Of a stretch of DNA of 64,000 nt, positions 12,501-25,549 are shown piece after piece. How positions within the stretch are numbered: the stretch's first letter is position 1; every line of letters begins with the position of its first letter. The position numbers and the translations under genes are program-made. The notes beneath the pieces are model-generated. The model did no database searches. It worked only from the letters and a program-made list of their open reading frames with translations, and had not been told where the DNA came from. This stretch comes from Eledone cirrhosa (lineage: Eukaryota): the NCBI GenBank assembly GCA_964016885.1, contig OZ024744.1:111662001-111726000 (forward strand), given 5' to 3'.

Positions 12501-13000
12501 CCAGATTGGGGTGCGTAAGCGGATATTATTGTCACAGTAGTTCTATTTAGGACAAGTCTTATTTTGATTATTCTGTCGTTCACTCTATTTACGTCAATTA
12601 CCTTAGCTACCCATTTTTCTGCTAACATAATTCCTACTCCACCCAGCCCATTTTTATTTCCCACCCAGAAAAGTTTATAGCATCGTTTTTTTTTTACCCA
12701 CAATGAATCTAGCAGACCCACCCCTCCACCTAGTCTCTTGGACGCAACAAGCATCAACTTCCTTACGTTCAAGCATCTCTACAACCTCGTTAGAGCAACC
12801 TTTTAAAGTGCCCACATTCATGGTACCAACTCTGAAGTTTTGGATTTCGTTTGATGGGTGGAAGGGATGGGTTGGAAGTGTAGGGAGGGGTTTGCCATCC
12901 GCGTCTGAAATAGAGAGGAATCCTTGCATTTTCGTCCGGCCAGATGAGGTGAATTTATCTTTATCTTTGACTGTCATTTGAGTGTCCAGATTCTTCGTAC
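9567..13000 (-). mobile_element. Near full-length, decayed RTE-clade LINE (APE endonuclease + RT with internal Cys/His finger)
   Basis: Frameshifted ORF pieces: GTMNVGTL...CCVQETRW, SAYAPQ, GDLNGHVG, EKAFDR, HQGSVLS, LYADDL, CPKCKLWVHKRC. 3' UTR with (GAT)n. 5' UTR may extend to about 13400. Confidence 0.95.
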
Positions 13001-13459
13001 TCTCCAGAATCCATCTAGCATATCAAAGGCAACCAGGTTTAAACTTAAGGAGTCAATAGCCGAAGTAGTGGTTTTGTGTAAGAGATTGGTAAGAGAGACG
13101 TAAAAGCTGCTGAATTAGCAGGTTATTTTTTTAAATCTAAACCTATAAACAGACGTATAACAGTAATCAATGTTTAAATACGAGAAGGTTATTAAACAAA
13201 CGTATAACAGTAATCAGAGTTTAAATACAAGATTGTTTTTGAGGCTCTGACAGAATTAACGAATAAAATTGAAAGCTTGGATTCTAAGTAAATGGACCGT
13301 GTATATATAGCGTTGTTATTTGACGTTGTTGAAAAGAGCAGTGGCCTTTGACCCGGCAATAAAAACTGGAGACAAAATTCTTTCTGTACCAAAAACAAGA
13401 CACACAGACACATACACACACACACAAGTTCGTGTGTGTGTGTTAGTGTGCACGTACGC

Positions 13460-13495
<36 letters not shown>

Positions 13496-14158
13496 CATCA
13501 TCATCATCAACGTTTAACGTCCGTGTTCCACGCTTGCATGGGTTTGGACGGGGGTAGTCCCACTTGAGGCAAGAGTGATTGTCTTGCTCGCATAGGACTG
13601 TCTGGCAGGTTTTCTACAGTTGGATGCCCTTCCTAACACCAACCACATTTACAGTGTGGGTCTGGGAGGTTTTTACCGTGTTGCCTACACGGCCACATTA
13701 CAGCGTGGACTGTGTGTTTTTTGTCGTGACACCTACACGATCTCATTTGTTTCGGCCTGGATGTTGTGGCACCAACATAACTTTACATAGAACGGGGTGG
13801 TGTGGATGGGGTGGGGGTGGTGGTGGTGGTGGGACGGGGTGTATTTTGTTAGAGATGCCTACTGGCAAGGCGGGTCTTCTCTGTTACTGAGTACCGCCAA
13901 AGGTCTCGGTCCAGTGACATTGTCTTGGAGAGGTGTAAGTGTGTGAGGTCGGAGTTTATCAGCTCGTCCCAGGTTTTTCTGGGTCTGCCTACTCCATAGC
14001 TACCGTCTATCTTTATTGCCCTGCACTTTGTTATACAGCTATCGACTTTCATGCGCATCACGTGACCATACCAACGTAGCCTTCTCTCGAGTAAACAACA
14101 TCTGATCCCTCTTATCTCTAATTTTTTCCTTAGTTCGTTTATGCTTTGCCGTTCACGT
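13496..14158 (-). mobile_element. RTE LINE 3' fragment (5'-truncated)
   Basis: Near-identical to 34208-34900 (GRPRKTWDELINSD plus 3' UTR), inserted in (TA)n. Confidence 0.92.
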
Positions 14159-14673
14159 ATATATATATATATATATATATAAGGGATACAGATATTGTTT
14201 GTTCACTCTCACCAATCATCTCAATTCATTCGTTGCAACTAAGTTTGTGATCGAGGCACTTTATTTTGCAAGGTACTATTTTTTCCTTGAGTTTGTGATT
14301 CCAGAGAAAGGTAAGGAATTCTTCATATTTTGCATCTTTTGTATTTTAACTTTACAGTTTGAATTGTAGAATTGTCTATCCACTCAAAATGTTACAACAG
14401 CTAACAGTGAAATATAGAATTAAAAAAAAAAAAAAGCTTTTTCGACTGAAATCAAGTGTTTGAGAACATTCACGTCTATTTTTAAAAATATATAATTTGA
14501 AATAGCTTGCTTTTGTTTTGGACTGAAACTTTTTTGTATTTAATTCGTACGAGTATTTTTTAAAGATTCTAACATAACTTGATTTGGCCCAATAATCTAC
14601 TGATATTAAAATCAGTAGTATATTGAAAAATGGAAAAATAGGGTAGGGGGCGTTTCGTGATTTTGAGCCAAAC

Positions 14674-14852
14674 TAGATGGTATGTTGTAGGAGATGGTAT
14701 GTTCTAGGAGATGGTATGTTCTAGGAGATGGTATGTTCTAGGAGATGGTATGTTCTAGATGGTATGTTCTAGGAGATGGTATGTTCTAGATGGTATGTTC
14801 TAGGAGATGGTATGTTCTAGGAGATGGTATGTTCTAGATGGTATGTTGTAGG
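14674..14852. repeat. Minisatellite, 17-bp unit AGATGGTATGTTCTAGG (14-bp variants), about 11 copies
   Basis: Direct tandem repetition. Confidence 0.92.
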
Positions 14853-15891
14853 TAATTACTTTGTTAGGTTAGATTTAGGTGTTATGGTTAGTGTTATGAC
14901 TCCTCTCTAACAGTCATATACTACTTAGGTACTCCACAAATGACTGGTCGCTCTCCAATATGCTTGTTGTCAACTTGTAACCTTGCCATTGTTGGCTGGC
15001 CCTTGGACCCCCCTCGCTACTCCTTACTCGGGGCAGAGTAAATCACTCGTAGGAGCGATCCCTCTATTCCATTGCATCTCTCTTGCCATCCTCCAGAGCA
15101 ACATTTTCTCCCATTATGTTCATCTGCTGAGACCAGGAAGTGGCTAGACTTAGGCTGCCCCACACAAGGGAATACCCCCCCTCCCCCTCACTCTGCTGTC
15201 TTGGCTCACATCAATGAGGTAGTAATGCTGAGTTGTACTGTTGATGAAAGATATGTCCTGCTAGAGAGAGACAGATGCTTTTAATACTATTGCGGTAGTC
15301 ACCAAAGGTAAGTTAGTAATGGACTCTCTCAGTTATGACCATATTTGGTCTTTCAGTATTTTCCTCATCAAAGTATATCCAATCAGTCCTTCTCCCAGCT
15401 ACAATATCAAGATGTAGTTGATTTGGTTGTTATATCTAGTAAGGCAAGTAGCCAGCTCAACATGGGTATCAGTGTGATCTAGGTTAAAAATCACGTCACG
15501 ACAGTTATTTGTCATTTTCTTCCTCAGACAGGTTAACACCCTGAACATCTCAAAATATATTTCTCTCATATACTACTTACCAGGAATCACTTTGGAGGAG
15601 GGGGGGGGGGGGATACAGAGGCTGCTGTTTGAAATTTTCCATCAAAAAGATAATATTGAAGAACAGTCTAGAAGTTATATTTTGGTATATTAACGCATCT
15701 AATATATATATCATCATCATCATTTAATGTCCACTAGCAAGGGTTGGACAAGTTTACATAGACCAAGTCAGTACTAAAGCAGAGCTACTGACCTCACAGA
15801 CAGGCTGGAGATTACGACCTTATTAATAAAGGAATCTTTAACATCAACAACTTCGCATCTTTATCATTCTATATATATATATACATACAAA

Positions 15892-16018
15892 TAGCCGTCG
15901 AAACGGCTTGAACTCTGCCGTCAGGGTTAAACATTTTCCTATTACCCACTTTACTACTCTAAGTATTGAGTACTCTGGTGTGTTATGGTCCAACTGGTTC
16001 CTTACCACACCTCCTTCG

Positions 16019-16020
<2 letters not shown>
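15892..16020 (+). mobile_element. PLE-type family D fragment (3' half of a hammerhead plus tail)
   Basis: GAAACGGC...GCCGUC stem III and GUC site. Homologous to 53580-53780. Confidence 0.55.
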
Positions 16021-16060
<40 letters not shown>

Positions 16061-16069
16061 TTTGAATTT

Positions 16070-16690
16070 GTTTTGCAAGATTTCTTATCTAAAAACGTGT
16101 GTTGAAACAGATACTGTTATACTTTAGGAGGGTCATTTTGCCAATAAATGACCATGGCAAGAACTCCCAAGATGGGAAAAACTTATCAGTACTCCACCAA
16201 CATGCCAAAATAGAACATAGGGACACATTAGAGATTATATCCACACACAGAAAAGATGAAATGCTCAGACAAATCACAGAGGCAACAAACATAAACAAAC
16301 TCCAACCAAAATTAAATAGAAAACATGAGTGGAATAGCAACAACACACAACTAGTAATTAAGGACAAAATGAAGACATACAGACACACACAAAAACCAAA
16401 CTAACAAAACAAATCAGACACAGATAGAACAAACAACCAACTAATGACATAAATAAACACATAAATAAATAAATAAAAACACACCCGGATGTAACGCATG
16501 TGCAAACTAAGCACACAACACACAAGATGGTGTAGGACAGAACAAAAGAGAGACACACAAAATAAAAACCCAGTCACTAAGGAGGTCACAGAATGTGTGA
16601 CGAAAGTATCAAACCAACCAAGCAACTGGAAATTTATAATAAATTGATGTCTTTTTATTGGCAGCATGACCCTCCCAAAGTATAACAATC
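16070..16690 (+). mobile_element. PLE 3' remnant: probable GIY-YIG C-terminus, 3' UTR, decayed hammerhead and short inverted repeat
   Basis: ORF end HQHAKIEH...RQITEATNINKLQPKLNRKHEW. At about 16576-16604: CUAAGGA-G GUCACA GAAUG UGUGAC-GAAA. About 16115-16148 is inverted relative to 16655-16688. Confidence 0.6.
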
Positions 16691-16724
16691 TCTCTCTCTC
16701 TCTAGCATGGAAGATGGATGTTAA

Positions 16725-16772
<48 letters not shown>

Positions 16773-16905
16773 GTACCTATTCACTCCTTTCAAGAAATGA
16801 TAACTTTCCTTTTCAGAAAAGAAATGAGTTTTGCCTACCTTGTCAGTTAGGATGTTTTTTTTTTAATTGCTAAATAACCTGGCTATTATTATTATTATTA
16901 TTGAT

Positions 16906-17240
16906 GGAGGCACATGGCTTAGTGGTTAGAGCATTGGCCTTGCAATCAAAAGGTTCTCAGACCGGGTGATGTGTTGTTTCCTTGAGCAAGACACTTTATT
17001 TCACATTGTTCCAGTTTACTCAGCTGTAGAAATGAGATGATAGGGACTGAGGTCCATATCATTCCACTGCAAAGTGGTTGTGGAGGTGCTACGGCAAAAA
17101 AGCACCCAGCACTCACTGTAAATGAGGTTGGTGTTAGGAAGGGCATCCAGCTGTAGAAATCAAGCCAGAATCAGTTCCCGTCCCACCCTTGCAAGCAGGG
17201 AAAAAGCGGACGTAAAATGAAATGAATGATGAAATGATGA
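16906..17240 (+). mobile_element. SINE family 1 copy (B-box region deleted)
   Basis: Homology to the 2691 element. Confidence 0.9.
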
Positions 17241-17244
17241 TTAT

Positions 17245-17948
17245 TGCTAGTTCGAGATAAGCTCTACAAGCACAGAGGTGCCGTCTGCCAAACCTGTCCG
17301 AGATGTGGGCAGGGGGACGAATTGCTGACTTGTGGAGCTATGTTGAACAGTTGCTGTCGCGTGTAGGACGGATCCGGTTATCAACTGAGTCCATTGTTCA
17401 GATAGCCCCACCGTCCTCCTTTAAGGAGGAGGAAGGGCAGTCAGTTTTCATCTGCCTGGTGGCCATGACGAAAGAGATTATATAGTGAAAGGATTGAAGA
17501 CAGACACTTTCTTCTTCAGCCAATCCCTGATTAACTTTTTCAAGTTTTACTTGAAGAGGAAAATCAGGGTGGAGAGGCACGTGCTGCTTTCTAGTAGGTT
17601 TGTTGAAAGGTGGGTGAAAGTGGCGAGTCTGGTCCGAGTGAACGGGCCCGTTCTGAGTATGTGCCTGTAGACTGAGGAAAGGGAAAACTGAGAGAGGGCG
17701 TTTGCCCTGGTGGTCAGAGTGGCCGTGGTCTTTTGTGTGGTTTTTTGCCACGAGTGACCTTTGGAAGTTTCTTCCCTCTTGGGGGATTTTTGTTGTTTGA
17801 ATGTTTTCGATATTTCTTCTTTTTTACACGGCCAAACCCCACTTTGTATCGTCCTGTACTGTCCTGTGCCATCTGTAATGTTTTTCTTCATGTTAGTCCT
17901 TGTGGCCAATAAAGAAACCATTATTATTATTATTATTATTATTATTAT
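17245..17948 (+). mobile_element. L1/Tx1-clade LINE 3' end (ORF2 C-terminus + 3' UTR)
   Basis: VRDKLYKH...TCPRCGQG (zf-RVT-like)...RIADLWSYVEQLLSRVG...ERWVKVASLVRVNGPVLSMCL*, then AATAAA and an (ATT)n tail. A similar tail ends at 18405-18452. Confidence 0.7.
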
Positions 17949-18417
17949 ACTTTGTGTATTTTGTCAATAATGGAGCATAAGGTACCCAGTGTGGTTCCAA
18001 GGAGAGAAGGCCTTTCAATATTCAGGTATTAAGCCCGAATATTTGGATTTATTTAAAAAAACTTTGAAAAATCACTTTTCCCCCAAAAGACATGGAAGAA
18101 TTTGACCTTGAAACGGTAAACAACTTACAGGTCAAAAGGTCAAAAACAGCCACTACAGTTACGATTCTCTCTCTGAGTGCCCTAGAAGCGTCGGGTGGTT
18201 CAGGATTGGTGGGGTACCTGAGTCACCCCAGGGTCATCCACCCCCGATTGGGGAATTTATTTTGTTATATTTATGCATAGTTTATTTTATATTTGTTATA
18301 TTTTCATTGTTAAATTAGTCTTGCCATTGTGCACTTTTACATGAGCTTATTGGAAAATCCCTCTGGCTAGTCTTTATATTGTCCCTACATGTCAGCCCTT
18401 GATGCCAATAAATGAAA

Positions 18418-18455
<38 letters not shown>

Positions 18456-18933
18456 TCACCAATCTTCCAATCACTTTTATGAGGTCCTCACCACAGAATT
18501 TACTCTTGTATATTTGTTTTTTTAAATTATTTTTTAAAGTTGTTTTTTATCTGTCAGCTCTTTTTTAATTTCATATCAGACTGAATATCTTGTAATGGTT
18601 ACCTGTTCTTTTGAATCTCGCCCCCACAAAACACGACCACCACCCACACATTTACCACAATTCTAGATTCAAGTGTGGTCCTGTCTAGTTCATTCCATTC
18701 AACCTCAACAAGCCTCTCCTTTTTTTACAATCTTTTGTTGTTTCATTTCAAAGCTTCAGACATCATTTTGAACCCCCTCCCCCACCATCTCATCCCCACC
18801 ACTTGAATGAATGAATGAAAGCATGTCATATATTACAGGGTCAAATTAGAAGAGGTCTCCAGCCAGTCAGATGATTATAAGTATCGCTGTCATTGTTGTT
18901 GTTAGTAGTGGTGAACTGTTATTGTCTTGGATT

Positions 18934-19120
18934 AAGGCGGTGGATCGTCAGTATCGGTAGAGGGTCAGACGCCATGCTTTCCAGCATAGAGTTACGTCCC
19001 TTTACGGTCTAAATTCAAATGCTGCCGAGGTTAACTTTGCCTTTCATCCTTACGGGGTCGATAAAATAAAGTACCAGTAATGTACTGGGATAATGTACTG
19101 GCCTTGTGCCAAATGCAGAA
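18934..19120 (+). mobile_element. SINE family 2 copy
   Basis: AAGGCGGTGG...CAGTATCGGTAGAGGGTC...GCCGAGGTTAACTTTGCCTTTCATCC. Confidence 0.85.
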
Positions 19121-19616
19121 ACAGTTACTGTGTTGCTGCTGCTGCTGTTGTTGTTGTTGGACGTTGTTATTGTAATCAAGTTTTGTGGAAAAAAGAAAAT
19201 GAAATACAATACAATAGCCTAGAGGTGAAGGTGTTGGCCTCTCAATCATAATGTCATGGGTTCAATTGCTGGCCCCTGTGCTGGTCTGTCTTCTGGAGTC
19301 CATATAATTAAAACACCCAAGAAACCTCCTTTGAGATACAACTTTGTAGAAGGCTAGCTAAATCAAAATAGGTGTGAGCTGTAAATGTTGTTGTTGTTGA
19401 CAACCTATGATCAAAAGCATTCCATCCATGACCGTCTCTCCTGACTTTCTATTAACACATACTGTTTCACATTACTATAACAAGAGAGGGGGTAGAGTAT
19501 TTATTTTATACCTAGGTGGCTGTAAAGGGGAAAGTGAGAGAGAGAGTGAGAGAGACAGAGAGAGAGAGAGAGAAGGTGTGAGAAAGAGATAAAGGATGAT
19601 GGAAAGAGAGGATATA

Positions 19617-19946
19617 TCATCGTCATTTTACGTCCGTTTTTCCCTGCTTGCAAGGGTGGGACGGGAACTGATTCTGGCTTGATTTCTACAGCTGGATGCC
19701 CTTCCTAACACCAACCTCATTTACAGTGAGTGCTGGGTGCTTTTTTTCCGTGGCGCCTACATGACCACTTTGCAGTGGAATGATAGGGACCCCAGTCCCT
19801 ATCATCTCATTTCTACAGCTGAGTAAACTGGAGCAATGTGAAATAAAGTGTCTTGCTCAAGGAAACAACATCACCCGGTCTGAGAATTGAACTCACAACC
19901 TTTCGATTGCAAGGCCAATGCTCTAACCACTAGACCATGTGCCTCC
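19617..19946 (-). mobile_element. SINE family 1 copy
   Basis: Full-length reverse complement of the 2691 element. Confidence 0.9.
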
Positions 19947-19969
19947 ATATATATATATATTAATTACAT

Positions 19970-20981
19970 ATCTCAAAAATAATTGGAAGAGATACCCAGG
20001 CAATTGCTTTATACTATGGCAGGAAGACATGAATACTTTCAATCTTTTCAAAAATATGATAAACAACATTAACAATAACATATAATTTACAATGGAATCC
20101 AAGTCCAAGGAATTAGCCTTCTTGGATATCCTTATTTTAAAAACAGATGGGAAAATAGAAACAGACATCCTTTTATAAACCCATGGACAACAGTACCTCC
20201 TCTTCACATCAAACCACCCAAAACATACAAAACTTAACATTCCGTTTAACTTAGCCCAGATCCAGCTAAACGGGAACAAAGACTAAATGAACTAAAATAC
20301 ACACTTACCTTAATAGCCTTCCCACTTGACATAATTAATAATGGAATAGACAAAACAAAAGACGCAAATTTTCATCAACCCAACAACCCAAAGCATAGAA
20401 CCACAAACAAGACCTTACCATATGTATTCCTATTCAACCCCAGAAACACCGAAATGGTCAACCTCCTACACCCCCCCCCCCCATTTTATTTAAAGATGAA
20501 AAAATGAAAAGAATCCTAGAAACAAGATCATTAAAAGCAAAAGGCAACCCAAATCACTAAAACACATTCTCACTAGAACAAAGATACACAAACCTATCTC
20601 CAATATTACGGTAACAAAATGCGGAAGAACAAACTGAGGCACATGCCAATACTTAATTGAAGGACAAGAATTCATATTTAAAGATGGCCAAACTTTCTCA
20701 GTGAAAAACAACTTTACTTGCAACTCAGAGAACCTGATCTACGTAATCTATGCGGTAGCTGTCGACATAACTATATAGGACAGATGGGTGTGTCATTACA
20801 CACAAGAATGACCTTCGATTGCCAACAAATGCGAGACGTAAACACAAGAAAAATCCCTTTAAGTAACCACATTGCAGATTGTGCAGGAATGACCCTACCC
20901 AACTCTAAAATATTGCACTCAACAACAAAGAATAAAGAAAAACTATTTATTAACAAATTTAAACCAAAATTAAATGTGTAA
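19970..20981 (+). mobile_element. Decayed Penelope-like element ORF (RT thumb + C-terminal GIY-YIG, Neptune-like)
   Basis: FTMESKSKELAFLDILILKTDGKIETD, QYLLFTSNHPKHTKLNIPFNLA, FTCNSENLIYVI, CGSCRHNYIGQ...RM...NHIADC...EKLFINKFKPKLN. Several stops and frameshifts. Confidence 0.85.
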
Positions 20982-21220
20982 TCACCCCCATTAGACCCCC
21001 GCCCCACACACACACCACACAATAAGAGAGAAAAAAGTACTCATTCCAGAAGTTCCTGTTTCAGAGCCACTACTGATACTCTGCTCTGGTTTTTTATAAA
21101 TATTAAAATAAATTTTTTAAATTTTTAAACTTTAAAATTTTGAAGGAATTTTTTAAATTTCCCATCACAAAGAGACCTGTGACAGACAGGCTGAACCCCA
21201 CCGCCCCAATGGATGTATTG

Positions 21221-21264
<44 letters not shown>

Positions 21265-21277
21265 TCATACTATACAC

Positions 21278-22962
21278 AAGGCTACTTGGCAGTGTCCGGA
21301 CTAGAAAAGCCGAAACGAGATCGACTACATCTGCATCAACCAGCGCTGGCGGTCCTCGGTACGTGGCGTCAGACCACCACCTACTGTATGCGGAACTGCA
21401 GCTGCGCCTGAAGAAACGGACACGACAGAAAAGACCAAAGCCATATGCAGTGGAGAAGCAGAAGTATCCCGGTGGTCAAGCGCGACTGTACTAACTGGCG
21501 CTACACAACCGATTCCAGCAGTTGAGTGAGGTGACTGAGGCAGCACAAGAAACTATTCGCCGAAGACGAGAAACGAGGAGGGAAAAATGGCTCCAAGAAC
21601 CAACGTGGGACCTGATTGACAGACGAAAAAAGGCAAAAGTCGAGCGAGATTCTGCCAGATCGGAGGAAGACCAAAAGAAAAGAGATGCAGTATACTGCCA
21701 AATCGACCGACTGGTAAAGCGAAGCTGCCGGCAGGACAAACGTGACTGGCTGGAGAAAAAGGGTGCTGAGGCAGAGGAAGCTGCTGGTCGAAACAACACA
21801 AAAGCAATCTTCCGCATCGTGAGGGAGTTGACAGGAATGTCGAGCGGTGCCAGCATGCCAGTGAAGGATAAAAATGGCAAGACGTTGACCACTGGAGCGG
21901 AACAGAAGGCATTCGACAGTGCACACCGGGAGTCGCTGTGGAATGTTGCGCAACTCTACGGCATTCCTGCAAGATTCATTGCCATTTTCAAGGCCCTGTA
22001 TGAAAACTCCAGCTGCTGCGTCCGGACTGAGTCCAGTGTGACGGAGTTCTTTGACATTGTCTCCGGTTGCATTCTCTCTCCACTGTTGTTCCTCCAGGCA
22101 GCCGATTTCGTACTAAGGCGAATGGATGAAGGACCCGGTCGAGGAATCCCATGGAGAGGGCAGTGGAGGATGAGGGACATTGCTTTGATCGCTGAAAACA
22201 GTGCAGATCTGCAGGCCCTAAGAACATCCCTACAAGAGAGTGTGGAAAAGATCAGCTTGAGAATCAACACCAAAATGACCAAGGTCATGGGAACGGCCAG
22301 CAACACAGGTCCAGTGATCAGAGTCAACCAACAGGACCTCGAGGAAGTCGATCCCTTCACCTATCTGGGCAGCATCCTGACAAGCAGCGGAGACGCGGAG
22401 CTCGACATCAACTGTCGGATCGGCAAAGGAGCCGCAGATTTCCAGCGGCTGAGCCTAGTCCGGTCGTCTTCATGCATTAGCACCAAGACCAAGCTCCGCC
22501 TGTACAAGAGCATCGTGCTGCCGACAGTGCTTTATGCGAGCGAGACCTGGAAGAATACGGCAAAAATAGAGAGACGGCTGAACGCTTTCCACCAGCGGTG
22601 CCTGCGAAAGATCCTTCGTGTGTCCTGGCATGACCGAGTGCGAAACGAGGAGATCCTGCGGAGAGCCAAGTCGTGGCCGCTACAGAGAGAGGTCATGGAG
22701 CGTTGGTGCCGTCTGGCTGGCCATATTCTGCGTCTGCCAAATGAACAGCATTCGAAAACAGCGATGAACTGGACTCCATCTGGCAGTAAACGGAGGAGGG
22801 GTTGCCCAAGGATCACCTGGCGACGAATGTTCCAGAAGGACCTAATGGCAGCCAACATCACCTGGCACGGTCTCGAAAAAGTTGCCGCTGATCGTGACCG
22901 TTGGCGAGCACTTACTGCTCGATGCGCCGAACACCGCAGAAGAATCTAAGACTAAGACTATA
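21278..22962 (+). mobile_element. RTE-clade LINE (second, GC-rich family), internally deleted
   Basis: NEIDYICIN and SDHHLL (APE end), KAFDS, GCILSPLLF, FTYLGS, LYASETW, AFHQRCLRKIL, (TAAGAC)n tail. The YADD motif is absent. Confidence 0.9.
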
Positions 22963-23405
22963 CTCACACTCCCTAAAACCACTCCAATAATAGAATTTCT
23001 TTTACAACCCTATTGCTGCCATAGAATTTACCTCTAGCTTACAATTCCCCACCCCCATTTGAACTCTTGATCAGGCAATGAACACAATCAGATATACACA
23101 CACATATTTACAGGATGTTTCCTTGGCCCTCAAAAAACAATTTTGTTCTGTGAAGAAACAACTACCAACACTACTGCTACTACCATCACTATACAGACTT
23201 CTCTCTATTCACAAGAACTCATTCTCCCGTACCCTTCTCAGCAAGGAAGATGGGGAAAAAAACTTACTCCAACACTTAATTTTAAATCTTTAATTTTTAG
23301 TTTTTAATTCCTATTAATTCTTTTTAATTGTAATACTCAACATTTGATAAGATGAATTTTAATAAAACATCAAAACCGGTAATACTTTATATACATTATA
23401 AAACC

Positions 23406-23436
<31 letters not shown>

Positions 23437-23646
23437 AACAGACCCTAAAATATATTTTCTGTGCTATTTCCAACTTCACTTTTTCTCTATAGCCACTGTT
23501 TTGTACAGAACCTTACTTCCCTTTTCTAATAATATATATATATATATGTGTGAAGTATTTCCGTCAAAAAAGTACAGGAAAAAAAGAGTGCTCTATGTAG
23601 GTTACAGAGCTTATTAGTTATGTAATAAACAACATAAGATAATTAT

Positions 23647-23707
23647 TTCATTTACCAGTGGTTTCTTGAAGACAGATGTTGTGTCTGTCTTCAGTCGTCA
23701 GAATGAA
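23647..23707 (-). ncRNA. Type I hammerhead ribozyme (PLE copy A)
   Basis: UUCAUU-CUGACGA-C UGAAGACAGA CACAACA UCUGUCUUCA A-GAA ACC ACU GGU A-AAUGAA. Confidence 0.85.
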
Positions 23708-24105
23708 TAAAAAACATGGTGTATTTATTAAATATGGATTTGAAAACAAAATTTAGGAAATATGAAAGTGAGGCTGAAAAAAACGGGCGAAAAGGTAAAA
23801 GAGGAAAAAAATAAAAAATATATATATATATAAAAATATAAATATCCAGAACGCAAACATACACACACTCAACTACGCACATATACTAGAAAGTGCGTAG
23901 ACGGAAACTTTCTCACATAAGCGTATTTGCAGCTACATAGAAAAACGGACAGGAACATAAATACATACACAGATATATACATAAAAACATACACATACAT
24001 ATACACAGATATATACATAAAAACATACACATACATATATACAGATATATACATAAAAACATACACATACATATATACAGATATATACATAAATACATAC
24101 ACAGA

Positions 24106-24355
24106 TTTCCTTGAGCAAGACACTTTATTTCACATTGCTCCAGTTTACTCAGCTGTAGAAATGAGATGATAGGGACTGGGTTCCATATCATTCCACTGCA
24201 AAGTGGACGTGTGGGCGCCACGGCAAAAAAGCACCCACCACTCACTGTAAATGAGGTTGGTGTTAGGAAGGGCATCCAGCTGTAGAAATCAAGCCAGAAT
24301 CAGTTCCCCCCCCCCCCTTGCAAGCAGGGAAAAGCGGACGTAAAATGAAATGATA
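24106..24355 (+). mobile_element. SINE family 1, 5'-truncated, nested in PLE copy A
   Basis: Homology to the body and tail of the 2691 element. Confidence 0.88.
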
Positions 24356-24448
24356 CATATGCACTCAAAAATGTACACACAAATATGGACAGTAGTTAGG
24401 AAACAGGAATAACTAAATAAATAAATAAGAACAAAAAATACAAAAAAA

Positions 24449-24498
<50 letters not shown>

Positions 24499-24675
24499 AA
24501 AGTAAAGATCAGATCAAAATCAAAAACAAAATAAAGTAAAAAAAAGGAGGGGGGGGGGCGTGTTGACAACGATATGTGAGTGTGCGGGCGGAAGGGAGGA
24601 ATAAATAAAAACAAACTTAAATATAAACAAATACACAAGATATGCATATACTTACACACATATATATATATAGAT

Positions 24676-25292
24676 ATGGTGGCTGCCAACTCGTTTTCGA
24701 GTACGGCCACTACTTTATATCCATGTAGGAGAACCCCTACCGATGCGCTGAACGAGTGTGACTGTTTAGTCCAGCCAGCGACTTGAAAACTCTGGTACAA
24801 ACACTACACTTGTGACAATTATTGACACATAGTGCTGGGCCCATGGTACCATGTGACGACAAGTGCAGAGAGATCTCCAGATATAAAGCAATGCCTGTGC
24901 CGTGAAGCTTTTATAGTGAGCAAAGGCACTGCACAAAGCCAGTCCCACTCTCTTAACCAAGATGATATTTACCAAAAAGAAGAACAAGTCAACATCATTG
25001 GATACCATCAGGGTTGCAGGTGTTATATCAGAGTTTTCCTTCTCCTAGAATTCTGCCTTGACAAAGGCTAAGGGGTCATCTCTCCCGGTGATTTTGGATG
25101 GCCATTGACTCTTAAGAGCTCCTTTGCCCTTTGACAGGTTTTGTTTTTAGTCCTGCAGGATGTCCAAAGTCACCCTCCTCACCAAGAAACCTTGGTGGGG
25201 TTGCCAGTTTAGTCGCCAACGACCCGACCATGAGACAGGTTGTACTGGGATACATGTTACCAGTAGCACCAACTGGTGACCTGACATACTTA
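24676..25292 (-). mobile_element. About 610-bp non-autonomous RTE derivative (probable 5' UTR joined to LINE 3' tail)
   Basis: Highly similar second copy at 48336-48925. The 3' end GGCCGTACTCGAAAACGAGTTGGCAGCCACCAT matches the LINE end at 30675-30708. No ORF. Confidence 0.75.
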
Positions 25293-25437
25293 CTGATATA
25301 CACACATACATACACACATACACATGCATATCATTATCTATAATATACCTATACAAGCATGCAAACACACACGCATATATGTGTATATATATATATATAT
25401 ATTTTTTTTTTAAATACAAACACATACATGTGCATAC

Positions 25438-25468
<31 letters not shown>

Positions 25469-25513
25469 TATATATATCTACATATATACATATAGTAATA
25501 ATAATAAATTTGA

Positions 25514-25549
<36 letters not shown>

